Counted from the stretch's first letter, positions 27,209-43,983 are shown. The stretch is DNA of 64,000 nt from Eledone cirrhosa (GCA_964016885.1 OZ024741.1:59272001-59336000), one strand, 5' to 3'. Numbers and translations: made by a program. Notes: generated from the letters alone by a model not told the origin.

Positions 27209-27960
27209 CTAGCTAAACTATCCGTCCTTCGGACGGTTCAAGTAGCTTTCGATGTAGCTCATTAAACTAAACAAAGTAAATTTGAATACATAGACGAAAA
27301 ACGTACTTTGTGTAAACATGAAAACCCTAGGCACTATTCCAGCGAAATAATTAATATGTGAGCTCGGTGTCGTCTGTTATGCCATGTAACAACAGAAATC
27401 CAGTCTAGGTATACATTTTTTTTACAACAGTAAAAGCGCATCATGAAATAGAGAAGTGAAGTGAATAATAGACACTATTATGTACAAAGAATAATATTGT
27501 AAAAGTTATGAGATCACTTAATGTATGAACATCAAGCTTGAAACGATAAATTATACGATGTCAAATCTATAACTTTAATCTGTTAGAAATTGCTGGTTGT
27601 GAAATATACAAAATGATATTGTTAGTCTCAAGGAAGCATACCTTTTGTTTCAAGTACAAAGAGTAAATAAAAATCCGAATGAGCCCAATTACGAAAGATA
27701 ACTCTTGTCTTACTTAAAGATAACTCTCGCTTACTTAATCACCAACATTGACACAAATAACTGAAACTTTTTTAATGTCTTCAAAGGGCCCAATATCAAT
27801 TTTTGAAAGCCTTTGTAGATCATGTACAGATTTTGTGCAAGGAGAAGCTCTATAAAAGATTTCAAAGAAATCGCATGAATGGTTTAGAATATATAGAGCC
27901 TTCATTAAAAATTGTCCACACACACACATACAGAAAACTTCGTCTTTATATATATACAGA
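27209..27960 (-). mobile_element. Non-autonomous Helitron
   Basis: Minus strand A|TC... 5' end at 27960, hairpin CCGTCC-TTC-GGACGG at 27222-27236, CTAG|T 3' end at 27209. No TSD. Confidence 0.75.
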
Positions 27961-27984
27961 TATATATGTGTGTGTGTGTATATA

Positions 27985-28073
<89 letters not shown>

Positions 28074-28138
28074 CGTAAGATAAGAAAATATTTTTTTAAA
28101 AAAATTTTAAAAAAATTTTTTTACTTACTTAAATTTTC

Positions 28139-28220
28139 ACTCCAACTAATTAGTTTCTGCAATGGGATAAAGACAGTTACGTAATCCAACTGTCGAGAAT
28201 TCATTGCGTCATCAGGGAGT
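28139..28220 (-). ncRNA. Type I hammerhead ribozyme (558-bp array, copy 1)
   Basis: ACTCC-CTGATGA-CGCAATG..(GACAGTT/AACTGTC hairpin)..CATTGCA-GAA-ACTAATTAGT-T^GGAGT. Confidence 0.85.
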
Positions 28221-28696
28221 CTATTCTCAGCTGAGTCTCCAGGCAATGCGCGGACACTGGCGGCTCATATAAAAATAATAATAATTCGGTAGAAAGAACA
28301 GCTTGCGAGGACTGGATTCTATGTACTGAAATTCTCACTGCTTCTAGTCAAATGGCCGATTCTAAAGAATCAATCACGTGACACAGAGGCTAGTTAGAAG
28401 GAATGGGATGGTAAGATGACTGACGCCTACTAACACCCCAAAAAAAATTTAGAAGTGGTTTTGGCAGGTTTGCTCGACAAATCAGTGATTTGGAGATAAA
28501 TATAGATAATTTAATATATCAGCTAACATAGGCGCACAGATGCACGTCCATGCCAGCAAATACACAGGTTATGTCATAATACCTAGGTGGTTCAATGCAC
28601 GAGGGTGCAGAACAATAATATAAAAGACGTAAGATAAGAAAATATTTTTTAAAAAAAATTTTTTTAAATTTTTTTTACTTACTTACTTAAATTTTC

Positions 28697-28778
28697 ACTC
28701 CAACTAATTAGTTTCTGCAATGGGATAAAGACAGTTACGTAATCCAACAGTCGAGAATTCATTGCGTCATCAGGGAGT
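28697..28778 (-). ncRNA. Type I hammerhead ribozyme (558-bp array, copy 2)
   Basis: Same motif, one substitution in loop II. Confidence 0.85.
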
Positions 28779-29253
28779 CTATTCTCAGCTGAGTTTCCAG
28801 GCAATGCGCGGACACTGGCGGCTCATATAAAAATAATAATAATTCGGTAGAAAGAACAGCTTGCGAGGACTGGATTCTATGTACTGAAATTCTCACTGCT
28901 TCTAGTCAAATGGCCGATTCTAAAGAATCAATCACGTGACACAGAGGCTAGTTAAAAGGAATGGGATGGTAAGATGACTGACGCCTACTAACACCCCCAA
29001 AAAAATTTAGAAGTGGTTTTGGCAGGTTTGCTCGACAAATCAGTGATTTGGAGATAAATATAGATAATTTAATATATCAGCTAACATAGGCGCACAGATG
29101 CACGTCCATGCCAGCAAATACACAGGTTATGTCATAATACCTAGGTGGTTCAATGCAGGAGGTGCAGAACAATAATATAAAAGACGTAAGATAAGAAAAT
29201 ATTTTTTAAAAAAAATTTAAAAAAAATTTTTTTACTTACTTACTTAAATTTTC

Positions 29254-29335
29254 ACTCCAACTAATTAGTTTCTGCAATGGGATAAAGACAGTTACGTAAT
29301 CCAACTGTCGAGAATTCATTGCGTCATCAGGGAGT
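29254..29335 (-). ncRNA. Type I hammerhead ribozyme (558-bp array, copy 3)
   Basis: Same motif. Confidence 0.85.
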
Positions 29336-29811
29336 CTATTCTCAGCTGAGTCTCCAGGCAATGCGCGGACACTGGCGGCTCATATAAAAATAATAATAAT
29401 TCGGTAGAAAGAATAGCTTGCGAGGACTGGATTCTATGTACTGAAATTCTCACTGCTTCTAGTCAAATGGCCGATTCTAAAGAATCAATCACGTGACACA
29501 GAGGCTAGTTAGAAGGAATGGGATGGTAAGATGACTGACGCCTACTAACACCCCAAAAAAAATTTAGAAGTGGTTTTGGCAGGTTTGCTCGACAAATCAG
29601 TGATTTGGAGATAAATATAGATAATTTAATATATCAGCTAACATAGGCGCACAGATGCACGTCCATGCCAGCAAATGCACAGGTTATGTCATAATACCTA
29701 GGTGGTTCAATGCAGGAGGGTGCAGAACAATAATATAAAAGACGTAAGATAAGAAAATATTTTTTTAAAAAAATTTTTTAAAAATTTTTTTACTTACTTA
29801 CTTAAATTTTC

Positions 29812-29893
29812 ACTCCAACTAATTAGTTTCTGCAATGGGATAAAGACAGTTACGTAATCCAACTGTCGAGAATTCATTGCGTCATCAGGGAGT
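29812..29893 (-). ncRNA. Type I hammerhead ribozyme (558-bp array, copy 4)
   Basis: Same motif. Confidence 0.85.
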
Positions 29894-30850
29894 CTATTCT
29901 CAGCTGAGTCTCCAGGCAATGCGCGGACACTGGCGGCTCATATAAAAATAATAATAATTCGGTAGAAAGAACAGCTTGCGAGGACTGGATTCTATGTACT
30001 GAAATTCTCACTGCTTCTAGTCAAATGGCCGATACTAAAGAATCAATCACGTGACACAGAGGCTAGTTAGAAGGAATGGGATGGTAAGATGACTGACGCC
30101 TACTAACACCCCAAAAAAAATTTAGAAGTGGTTTTGGCAGGTTTGCTCGACAAATCAGTGATTTGGAGATAAATATAGATAATTTAATATATCAGCTAAC
30201 ATAGGCGCACAGATGCACATCCATGCCAGCAAATACACAGGTTATGTCATAATACCTAGGTGGTTCAATGCAGGAGGGTGCAGAACAATAATATAAAAGA
30301 CGTAAGATAAGAAAATATTTTTAAAAAAAAATTTTTTTTTAATTTTTTTACTTACTTACTTAAATAGTTGGAGTGAAAATTTAAGTAAGTAAGTAAAAAA
30401 ATTTTTTTTTAATTTTTTTTAAAAAATATTTTCTTATCTTACGTCTTTTATATTATTGTTCTGCACCCTCCTGCATTGAACCACCTAGGTATTATGACAT
30501 AACCTGTGTATTTGCTGGCATGGACGTGCATCTGTGCGCCTATGTTAGCTGATATATTAAATTATCTATATTTATCTCCAAATCACTGATTTGTCGAGCA
30601 AACCTGCCAAAACCACTTCTAAATTTTTTTTGGGGTGTTAGTAGGCGTCAGACATCTTACCATCCCATTCCTTCTAACTAGCCTCTGTGTCACGTGATTG
30701 ATTCTTTAGAATCGGCCATTTGACTAGAAGCAGTGAGAATTTCAGTACATAGAATCCAGTCCTCGCAAGCTGTTCTTTCTACCGAATTATTATTATTTTT
30801 ATATGAGCCGCCAGTGTCCGCGCATTGCCTGGAGACTCAGCTGAGAATAG

Positions 30851-30932
30851 ACTCCCTGATGACGCAATGAATTCTCGACAGTTGGATTACGTAACTGTCT
30901 TTATCCCATTGCAGAAACTAATTAGTTGGAGT
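30851..30932 (+). ncRNA. Type I hammerhead ribozyme (inverted copy)
   Basis: Reads directly on the plus strand: actcc ctgatga cgcaatg...cattgca gaaactaattagtt ggagt. Confidence 0.85.
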
Positions 30933-31124
30933 GAAAATTTAAGTAAGTAAGTAAAAAAATTTAAAAAAAATTTTTTTTTTAAAATATTTTCTTATCTTAC
31001 GTCTTTTATATTATTGTTCTGCACCCTCCTGCATTGAACCACCTAGGTATTATGACATAACCTGTGTATTTGCTGGCATGGACGTGCATCTGTGCGCCTA
31101 TGTTAGCTGATATATTAAATTATC

Positions 31125-31155
<31 letters not shown>

Positions 31156-32297
31156 ATAATAATAAGTTTCAAGACTAAAATCCAAAGAGGGCTCGATAAG
31201 GATAAATATATATCAAATATATAAGAACCGTAGAGCCCCACGTTATACCCTAACGGATAGTACGATCTATACGTGGATATTTTACGTCTTGATCTGGGAG
31301 CTAAGTATATGTTTTGTTTATACAATTACTTATTTGCATAGGTAAGTATATATTACCCGTATGTTTCGTGAAGTTACGTATACCTTCCCGTACGTATATT
31401 TGATTGTTTATGTTATGGCGTATAAATTTTTTTATTTTTTTATTCTGGTACATATGGTTTGGCTCTGTGTATACGGGAGTTTTGCGTCTGTGTGAGTATG
31501 CAGGTTCGTACGTATGTAGGGTGTGTGTATATGTGTATTTCATGTTTTGGTTGACTTACGTCTCCGAACATTCGTGTATTTACATGAAGGTATGTGTGTG
31601 CGCTTGTTATATACGTATTTATTTACGTTTATTTAATTATTTATTTATTTGTACACACGCATACACACACACACATATTTATATGTGCGTGGTTTTGTAT
31701 ACCTATGGTAAGTGTTTTGCGTATGCTTGTGTATGTACGTATTTGTTAGCGGGTATGTATTTATTTATTTCTATTACTTCTGTATTGTATTTATTTACTT
31801 TGTTCTTAACTCTGTAGCGGAGATTCATTCGGTCTCCTAGTTAGAATTTTAGTCTACGACTTCTGCTATACCATTTACGTGGTTTTGTCTTTGCGTGCTA
31901 GTGTTCTCCACGCTCCACATATGACGTATTATGTTCGGTTTTTTCGTTCATTGCCGGAGAACGTCTCTATGAACCACCTAAGGAAACATTAGTCTACGAC
32001 CACTTTTATACCGTAAACGTGGTTCTGTCTTTGCGCGTAATTGTTTTTCACCGCTCCTATTAATGACGTATCTTATTCGTTTTTTCCCGTTCTTTGCCAG
32101 CAAACGTTTCCACGAACCAAAGTATCGTCTTCCTGTCTTCCTCCGGTTGCAACGTTTTTTGAAATATCCACTTCTGCGTTTACAGATTGACTTTGTTAGT
32201 TTCAGAAGATCCCGTTAAGGGTGAAAGCAGCGATTCTTTGCTTAAACTTTAATCTGTTATTTTAATAAATATATATATATATATATATATATGTGTG

Positions 32298-32350
<53 letters not shown>

Positions 32351-32425
32351 ATGTATATATATATATACATATATATATATATGTGTATGTATATATATAT
32401 ATACATATATATATATATGTGTATG

Positions 32426-32458
<33 letters not shown>

Positions 32459-32479
32459 GTATATATATATGTGTGTATG

Positions 32480-32510
<31 letters not shown>

Positions 32511-32517
32511 ATGTGTG

Positions 32518-32585
<68 letters not shown>

Positions 32586-33121
32586 CAAGATGTATGGTAG
32601 GGATTATCAAAACTTCGTATATTTTCTGAAATTGTTTAACGAGATCTCTGGGGAAGAAAGTTTTTTTCTTTCGAAAGAAATTTTTTCTCTCGAGGGAACT
32701 TCTAGGGAAACTTTATATCTTTATTTTCTTATTTTATTTTATTTTATTTTATTTTATTTTATTTTATTAGTCTCTTAATCTCTTCTAGTTTGTTAAATTT
32801 ATTGGGGCTTGTAAGCTTTATGCACTTATTGAGGGATTTTTTAGGGTGCTTATACGAGATCCCAAGTCTTTTACTTTTAATACGTAAATTATAAATTATC
32901 AAATGTTTAACCTTCAATCCCTGACTCTCAGGACATTTTCAAATTCTCTTAACTCCCCATAACCCATCCGTTTTACAATTCCGACAACTAATATAAAAGA
33001 GCCCCCTTAGAATATAGACCCCAAATATACAAGCGGAGCTGCTGATGTATACCACAATTTCAAACTGCTAGTCTTAAGTGATGCGTTGATGTAAATAATG
33101 AACTTACAATCACATGTTATA

Positions 33122-33168
33122 TGCCTTGAAAAGTCCCACTATATGGTCGGACGAAACGGCTGTCGGCA
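33122..33168 (+). ncRNA. Minimal type I hammerhead ribozyme, U3-A8 variant
   Basis: TGCC-TTGAAAA-GTCC..GGAC-GAA-ACGGCTGT-C^GGCA, within a TA-flanked non-coding block 32583-33215. Confidence 0.75.
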
Positions 33169-33470
33169 ATAAACTTGTTATAATGTCATAATAGTTCCTT
33201 TGTTCTTTTTCATTAATATATATATACATATGTGTGTGTGTATGTGTGTATGTATATATATATATGTGTGTGTGTATATGTGTATGTATATATATATATA
33301 TATATATATGGAGGAGGTTATAGTTCACTTGAAGCATTGTGTAATGAGGTATAAACGTTTGTATATGTATAATAAAGCCAAAACAATGCAGGTATGGACA
33401 TAGAATAAAGAATGCAAATGCAAAAGATATTGTTGACAATTAGTCTTTTACCTTAGATTTATTTAAATGT

Positions 33471-33505
33471 CCTTAATTTTCGAGATAATATCTCTTCTTC
33501 AGAGG
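33471..33505 (-). ncRNA. Possible minimal hammerhead in the 3' UTR of the Penelope-like element
   Basis: CCT-CTGAAGA-A-GAGAT-ATT-ATCTC-GAA-AATT-A^AGG. Stem I is only 3 bp. Confidence 0.5.
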
Positions 33506-33906
33506 GAAGTAAAGGTCTCAAACCAGTGTTCTAAATAGCTTGCCAAGTCATGCTGACAGGAAATGGTATAGAGTATCTGTTCGATCTCTAATGTCAAAGA
33601 GTTAAAATTAGGTGGATAAAGAGTAGTCTCCCTTTAAAAGGGGTTTGTTTTTGTTTTTTTGTTTTTTTAATACATGCCTGTTTAAGTGTGTGGGAGAATG
33701 CATGAAGGTGTAAGTATATGAGTGTGTGTGTGTGAGTGTGAGAAGATAAGTATATTCGTAAATGTGGGGGATAGGTGTTATCTGGTGTTAGAACTGGTTT
33801 TGTGTGTGTATGTGTGAGAGAGAATAAGTGGAGGTGTAAGCGTGTGTGCGTGTGTGTGTGCGTGTGTGTGTGTGGGATGTGTGTAAATATGTGGCGAGAA
33901 GCTCTA

Positions 33907-35304
33907 TCAGGTTATAAATTGGGTGTTGAGTTCTAGTCTATTATTGATTGGTGGTTGTGTTTTATCTGTAATTAGTGCTTCCTTAATTCTAAGATTGCCG
34001 AGGTTTCTTTCCTTAGTTTCTATCCTAAATGTTATGGTTTTGTCGGTGTTTTTGCATTTAACTAGGTGTTTCTTAAATGAGGAAGCGTTAGTATTGAGGT
34101 GTTCTTTTATTCTTATGTGGAGTGGTCTGGTGGTGCTACCTACGTAGAAGTTGTTGCATTTGTCACACTCTAGTCTGTATACGACGTAAGCCTGGTGGCA
34201 TAGGTCTGTGTCGTTGATGGGGCAGTTGGCTAGTCTGCAGCAGTTGTCATGTCTGGTGGAGTGTCTTTTGGTTAGCTGTCCGCGTAGAGAAGGACCTGAG
34301 TGGGCCAGTTGGATATCTAGTCCTTCTCGTCTGATGGCTCTGCGGATGGCTGTTGTTGTTTCTTCACTGAAGTGTGGGAGCTTCAGGAAGTAAGTGTTAG
34401 TGCCTCGGGTGTGGTGTCCTCTGTTCTTTCTGGCACGGTTTGTGGTGGATGTCGTGTATCCGTTCAGTTTGAGTACTTCCAGGAAATGTGTGGTGTGTGT
34501 GTCTCGGTCTCTAGCGTCGGTGCATTTGTTCTGGATACGTGCCAGTTCGTTTCTTATGTATCCGAACTTGGCACCGAGTGGGAGGGCCGATCTGAAATGT
34601 ACGAACAGGTCCCTGCTGGCGGCTTTTTTATAGAAGCAGGTGTGGATGTTGCCTTCCTCTGTTACCCTGAGTTGGAAGTCCAGTAGGGATAGGGATCCGC
34701 GGTCATCGGGGTGTTCCATGCTGAACTTTATACTGGCGTCCATGCTGGAGAATGTTGTGTATATTTTATCTGCCTCCTCACGGGATGATGTAAGGATGAG
34801 TATGTCATCTACATATCGGGTGAAGAAGGTATGGGAATAGCAGGTGTTGTGGGCTCGGCATTCTAGCTGTTTCATGTAGGTGATGGCCAGCAGGCCCGAT
34901 AGGCTGGATCCCATGGGTAATCCTGTTGTCTGTCTGTGTGTGTGATGGTGGAAGGTGAAGTACGTGTTGTCTACTGTGAAGGACAAAAGCTGGTGTATGT
35001 CCGTCGGGTGGAGGCCGTAGCAGTGGATGTCCTCTGCGACCACACAGTCCGTCAATAAATCGACAGCTGGATGAGCGGAGACTGTAGTGTAGAGGGAGAC
35101 AACGTCGAGGCTAAAGGCGTATTTATTTAGTTTAAGTTGTTCTGGCTGGAGTTGATGTAGTCTACGTATAACTTCGTCGGAGCTACTGACATGCCCGGGA
35201 AAGGTGGAGAGTAGAGGCTTGAGGACCTGGGAGAGGAGCCAGGAAATTTTGTATAGGGGTCCTTCTATGCTAGAGACGATGGGTCTTATTTGCGTCTTAG
35301 TACT
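33907..35304 (-). mobile_element. Penelope-like element, 5'-truncated RT + GIY-YIG ORF
   Basis: The frame is open upstream of ORF 33907-35055 through RPIVSS..SLDVVSLYT. GLPMGSSLS, RYVDD, YVVYRLECDKCNNFYVGSTTRPLHIRIKEH. Confidence 0.92.
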
Positions 35305-35331
35305 ATTCTTTGCTTAAACTTTAATCTGTTA

Positions 35332-36406
<1,075 letters not shown>

Positions 36407-36414
36407 ATATATAT

Positions 36415-36831
<417 letters not shown>

Positions 36832-36936
36832 CATATATATATATACATATATATATATATACATATACATATATATATATATATATATACATATATATAC
36901 ATATACATATATATACATATATATATATATATATAC

Positions 36937-37169
<233 letters not shown>

Positions 37170-37176
37170 TATATAC

Positions 37177-37207
<31 letters not shown>

Positions 37208-37300
37208 CATATATATATACATATATATATATACATATATATATATACATATATATATATATACATATATATATACATATACATATACATATATATATAC

Positions 37301-37373
<73 letters not shown>

Positions 37374-37634
37374 CATATATATATACATATATATACATAT
37401 ATATATACATATATATATATACATATACATATATATATATATATATATATAGTTAGAGAAGCAAAAAATTGCTTATTGTGATCCAGTTTTGGGTTAAGAA
37501 AGCCAGTTTCATGGATGGTTTCAACGTATGGTTAGGAGTAACTCCACAAGTTTGTAAGAATTCCGTTCAATCTTGGAGTATAAAGTATAAAAGAGAAAAC
37601 ACAGGTAAGCATTAAGAGAAGGATTTAATCCAGG

Positions 37635-37736
37635 TATTTACGACCGTTTCATTGGTAAGTGCAACCTTATATTGCTATACTGCAAATAGCAGCCACTCAA
37701 TTATAATTGTTGTTCACAGTCCAAATTTTCAAAATA
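37635..37736 (-). ncRNA. Type I hammerhead, U3-A8 variant, long loop II (left arm)
   Basis: TATT-TTGAAAA-TTTGG...CCAAT-GAA-ACGGTCGT-A^AATA. Confidence 0.6.
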
Positions 37737-38540
37737 GTGAGTTACTCTTGAAAAAATTCTTAATATATAGAGAAAAACATTTATTTAGAATTGTATTTAC
37801 TAGTATAGGCAAACAAAACGTAACACACTTGTTCATGCATCGCAGCCCACAAATAATGCCAAAGTTGCCCATAACAAGAAATGTAACTGCCACCTACCTG
37901 AAATCTGTCCATTACAAAATGAATGTATGCAGTCTAACCTGGTTTACCAATGCACAGTGGAATCAGACAACCAGAAATGGTATTACATCGGCGCGACTGG
38001 GAATACTTTTAAAGCTCGTTGGTATACACACCGTTACGCAATGAAACATTCCCAGCACCGTTATGTAACTACCCTTGCAAACAAGACCTGGCAACTGAGG
38101 GAAAGTAACCATCAATACACCCTGAAGTGGAAAAAAATTATCGAACGCGCCCCCATATCGGAGTGATATGAGAAGCTGTCGATTATGCGACCTTGGGCTG
38201 TTCCACATCTTAAGTTCGAAGAATAGGTTACTCAACAATAAAATTGAGAGATCAATTTATTGTAACCATAGACTCAAAGAGAAATTTTCGCACTACAAAT
38301 CGAACCCTTAACCTCTTACTACCAACTGACAAACTGCATATACTTAGACTTTATACCCTCTTATATCTAGACCCTTTAATTACCCACAAAACCAATACAT
38401 ATATCCCCCCTTCCCCCTCATTCCTCTTCTATTTCTTCGTTTTCTTCCTTCCTTCCCCCTTCTTGGCTATCTTTTCTTTTCTTCCTTCTCACCCCCTTCT
38501 TTGCTTTTATTTTTGTCATTATTATATTTATTTTTATTTT

Positions 38541-38601
<61 letters not shown>

Positions 38602-38678
38602 ATATAAGTATGTATATGTATGTATATATATATATATAAATATGTGTGTATGTGTGTGTATATATATATGTGTGTATA

Positions 38679-38709
<31 letters not shown>

Positions 38710-39028
38710 TTATCTCTTTATATCTCCCCCCCTCTCTCTCTCTCCCTCTCTATCCATCCCTCCCACTATTATCTATTTAATTCTCTTTAACTCACTACAC
38801 TCCACGACATGATGTCTGCTATCAAAACTGACCAAAGAATCCTTCCACCTCTACCCCTACCTCCACCTCAGTTTGTCATTCTACTTCCTACCTCTTCCCT
38901 CTTCCTCTCTCTCTATACTATGCCGTATGTCCCCTCACCTCCTGATTCCTCTCTCTCTATACTAGCAAATACAATTCCAAATAAATGTTTTTCTCTATAT
39001 ATTAAGAATTTTTTCAAGAGTAACTCAC

Positions 39029-39130
39029 TATTTTGAAAATTTGAACTGTGAACAACAATTATAATTGAGTGGCTGCTATTTGCAGTATACCAATATAAGG
39101 TTGCACTTACCAATGAAACGGTCGTAAATA
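39029..39130 (+). ncRNA. Type I hammerhead, U3-A8 variant (right arm)
   Basis: Same motif with one stem II mismatch (TTTGA). Confidence 0.55.
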
Positions 39131-39179
39131 CCTGGATTAAATCCTTCTCTTAATGCTTACCTGTTTTTCTATTTTATAC

Positions 39180-39248
<69 letters not shown>

Positions 39249-39380
39249 TTCTAGTTATCAATAATATAGTGATAATATATCATCACGCTAGAGATGAACA
39301 GCGTACCTGTAGGTTTTCTCAACGAGTATAAATTATATTCCGGAGTAAATGTAGAAAAGATGAATATAGAATGAAAGTGC

Positions 39381-40375
39381 TTTTATAAAGAAATTTATTA
39401 GGTATTGATATATGTTTCTGTAACAGACGGAATACCTATGTATCGCTGCTTGCGTAATCATATAATGTTAGCAAGTATTCGATAGCAAATGTATAATCAG
39501 CGTTATGTAACAATACTCGCAGACAAGGCTTTGCAACTGCGCGAAAATAACCAACAATTTAACCTAAAATGGGATATAATAGTGAAAGGCCCCTGCATAA
39601 CCAAGGACAGGAATTTTGTAAATTGTGTAATATGGAAATATTTTGTATTATGAAATCCAAAAATATTTTATTAAATAACAGAATAGAGCGATCGTTATAC
39701 TGTAACCATCGCTTGAAATCTACATTTTCATATTACAAACGCTACCAGGATTGAACACCTGTCGCCATCTCCGTTTGACTGTCAAAATACATATTAACAT
39801 TCTCTATTAGTCTTAATTCTATCAACTCTGCTATTCTTTACCATTTAATATAAACTGCTATAGATAAAATGAGATTTCTTAATTCAATTCCCTAATGCAT
39901 ATACCAGCAGGCTACCTGCATTGTTGTTATACAGTAGCAGTGAAAATCTCTCTCTTCCTTACTTGACACTTTATATCTGTATTAATACTACTACACCAAA
40001 CGACCAGCCCTGTCCATTGTTCAATTGGTCAAATATAGAATAAAATAGGCTCTCCCAAAAATTCTTATTTAGATAAAATAAGCCATATACTCATTGTATT
40101 CTCATTAAAAACCTTCTATATAATTGTTTACCAGCAAATTGAATTGCCATCTGTCATATACTATCCCTTCTCTTCTTCCTTTCTTACAACTAATATAAAT
40201 ACTTTGATTTTTCTGATTTTTTTCCAATTTATCCAATATCTCTGAAGAAGTGACAACTGATTATACATTTGCTATCGAATACTTGCTAACATTATATGAT
40301 TACGCAAGCAGCGATACATAGGTATTCCGTCTGATACAGAAACATATGTCAATACCTAATAAATTCCTTTATAAA
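39381..40375 (+). mobile_element. Penelope-like GIY-YIG 3' tip with inverted about 120-bp terminal segment
   Basis: FCKLCNMEIFCI..LLNNRIE..CNHR at 39500-39754. 39381-39500 is an inverted repeat of 40258-40375. Confidence 0.75.
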
Positions 40376-40393
40376 TATATAATATATATTCAT

Positions 40394-41940
<1,547 letters not shown>

Positions 41941-41942
<2 letters not shown>

Positions 41943-42429
41943 GTAAATATAATGTATTTTGCAATACACTTTATGCTTAATTAAAAGCATTTTGAAGACC
42001 GTAAGCTATTGTTTTAAAGTAGTGACAAATTCACTCACTTCGATCTCAGCAAACAGGAGGAGATAAGCCGACATGACATGTTTCGCTTTTGTTGAAGCTT
42101 ATCAAGGCCAACTACCCCGCCCGTCTACTGAGATCAATGATGTTATATTCTTATAGAAATCTAGTAAATAATCAGGAGCTGATTATGCAGAGCGGTTGTT
42201 GGTCAGGCAGAAATTAAAAATTAGAATTGTAGCTCTGAAATAGCAATATATATATGGATGTAAATATAATGTATTTTGCAATACACTTTATACTTAATTA
42301 AAAGCATTTTGAAGACCGTAAGCTATTGTTTTAAAGTAGTGACAAATTCACTCACTTCGATCTCAGCAAACAGGAGGAGATAAGCCGACATATCTCCTCC
42401 TGTTTGCTTATCTCAGCAAACAGGAGGAG
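41941..42429 (-). repeat. 317-bp-unit partial tandem (1.4 copies) with hammerhead and terminal fold-backs
   Basis: 41941-42072 is repeated at 42258-42391, followed by inverted 42391-42408 and direct 42410-42429 copies of the same short segment. Confidence 0.8.
42066..42109 (-). ncRNA. Type I hammerhead, U3-A8 variant
   Basis: GGCC-TTGATAA-GCTT-CAACAA-AAGC-GAA-ACATGTCATGT-C^GGCT. Confidence 0.7.
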
Positions 42430-42522
42430 GAACGGGTGAGAAACCCAAAAGCACGCATTTCATCCGTTCACATGTCGATTCAATTTGGATTGCCTCGGAA
42501 ACATAACCTTATTATGTAACAA

Positions 42523-42596
42523 GCTGTCTGATGATGTCACGACACTCGCACACAGAACAGTGTGGCCAGTGTCGCCATTGAAATATATATCACAGC
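42523..42596 (+). ncRNA. Type I hammerhead ribozyme
   Basis: GCTGT-CTGATGA-..CGACACT..AGTGTCG..-GAA-ATATATAT-C^ACAGC, with palindromic stem III. Confidence 0.75.
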
Positions 42597-42721
42597 ATTA
42601 TTATTAAAGGACTTGAACATCTGAAACTACTTAGCTTTTCCTTATTCGATATTTACTCCGTCACTCCTATGTGGAAAAAGCACGTTGAGTGCTTGAATCG
42701 AATTGCATCAATATTTACCCT

Positions 42722-42885
<164 letters not shown>

Positions 42886-42896
42886 TATATACATAC

Positions 42897-42927
<31 letters not shown>

Positions 42928-42975
42928 ATATATATATATACATATACATATATACATATATATAATATATACATA

Positions 42976-43012
<37 letters not shown>

Positions 43013-43021
43013 TATACATAC

Positions 43022-43066
<45 letters not shown>

Positions 43067-43079
43067 CATATATATATAC

Positions 43080-43130
<51 letters not shown>

Positions 43131-43143
43131 CATATATATATAC

Positions 43144-43192
<49 letters not shown>

Positions 43193-43206
43193 CATATATA
43201 TATATA

Positions 43207-43318
<112 letters not shown>

Positions 43319-43328
43319 ATATATATAC

Positions 43329-43359
<31 letters not shown>

Positions 43360-43378
43360 CATACATATATATATATAC

Positions 43379-43499
<121 letters not shown>

Positions 43500-43556
43500 T
43501 AAATATACATCTACATATATATATACACATATATATATACATATACATATATATAT

Positions 43557-43620
<64 letters not shown>

Positions 43621-43742
43621 ATATGTATACATATATATATATATGTATATATATATATACATATATATATATACATATATATATATACATATATATATAT
43701 ATACATATATATATACATATATATATATATACATATATATAC

Positions 43743-43801
<59 letters not shown>

Positions 43802-43900
43802 CATATATATATATAAATATATATATATACATATATATATACATATATATATATACATATATATACATATATATATATATACATATATATATTTATATAC

Positions 43901-43983
<83 letters not shown>

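Larger units (their letters stand above)
28064..31129. repeat. Tandem array of 557-558-bp units (about 4.1 direct copies to 30365) plus inverted about 1.4 copies (30366-31129), one hammerhead per unit; retrozyme-like
   Basis: Near-identical units. Orientation switches at 30365/30366. Both ends merge into (TA)n. Confidence 0.95.
37583..39181 (+). mobile_element. 5'-truncated Penelope-like element (GIY-YIG fragment about 37809-38290) between inverted about 225-bp pseudo-LTRs
   Basis: CNCHLPEICPL..QSNLVYQC..YYIGATGNTFKARWYTH. 37583-37808 is an inverted repeat of 38957-39181. Confidence 0.85.

Noticed and set aside
28064-30365. CRISPR-like array
   Set aside because: Whole units are repeated with no unique spacers, no cas genes, and the context is eukaryotic.
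37480-37580. Possible minus-strand HHR (GAAAC with TCCA/TGGA stem)
   Set aside because: Core reads AGATTGA, so no catalytic consensus.
40240-40358. HHR-like motif (GAAACATATGTC with TAGGTATT/AATACCTA stem)
   Set aside because: No CUGANGA next to the stem I strand, and the upstream CTGAAGA lacks a matching stem I. At best decayed.
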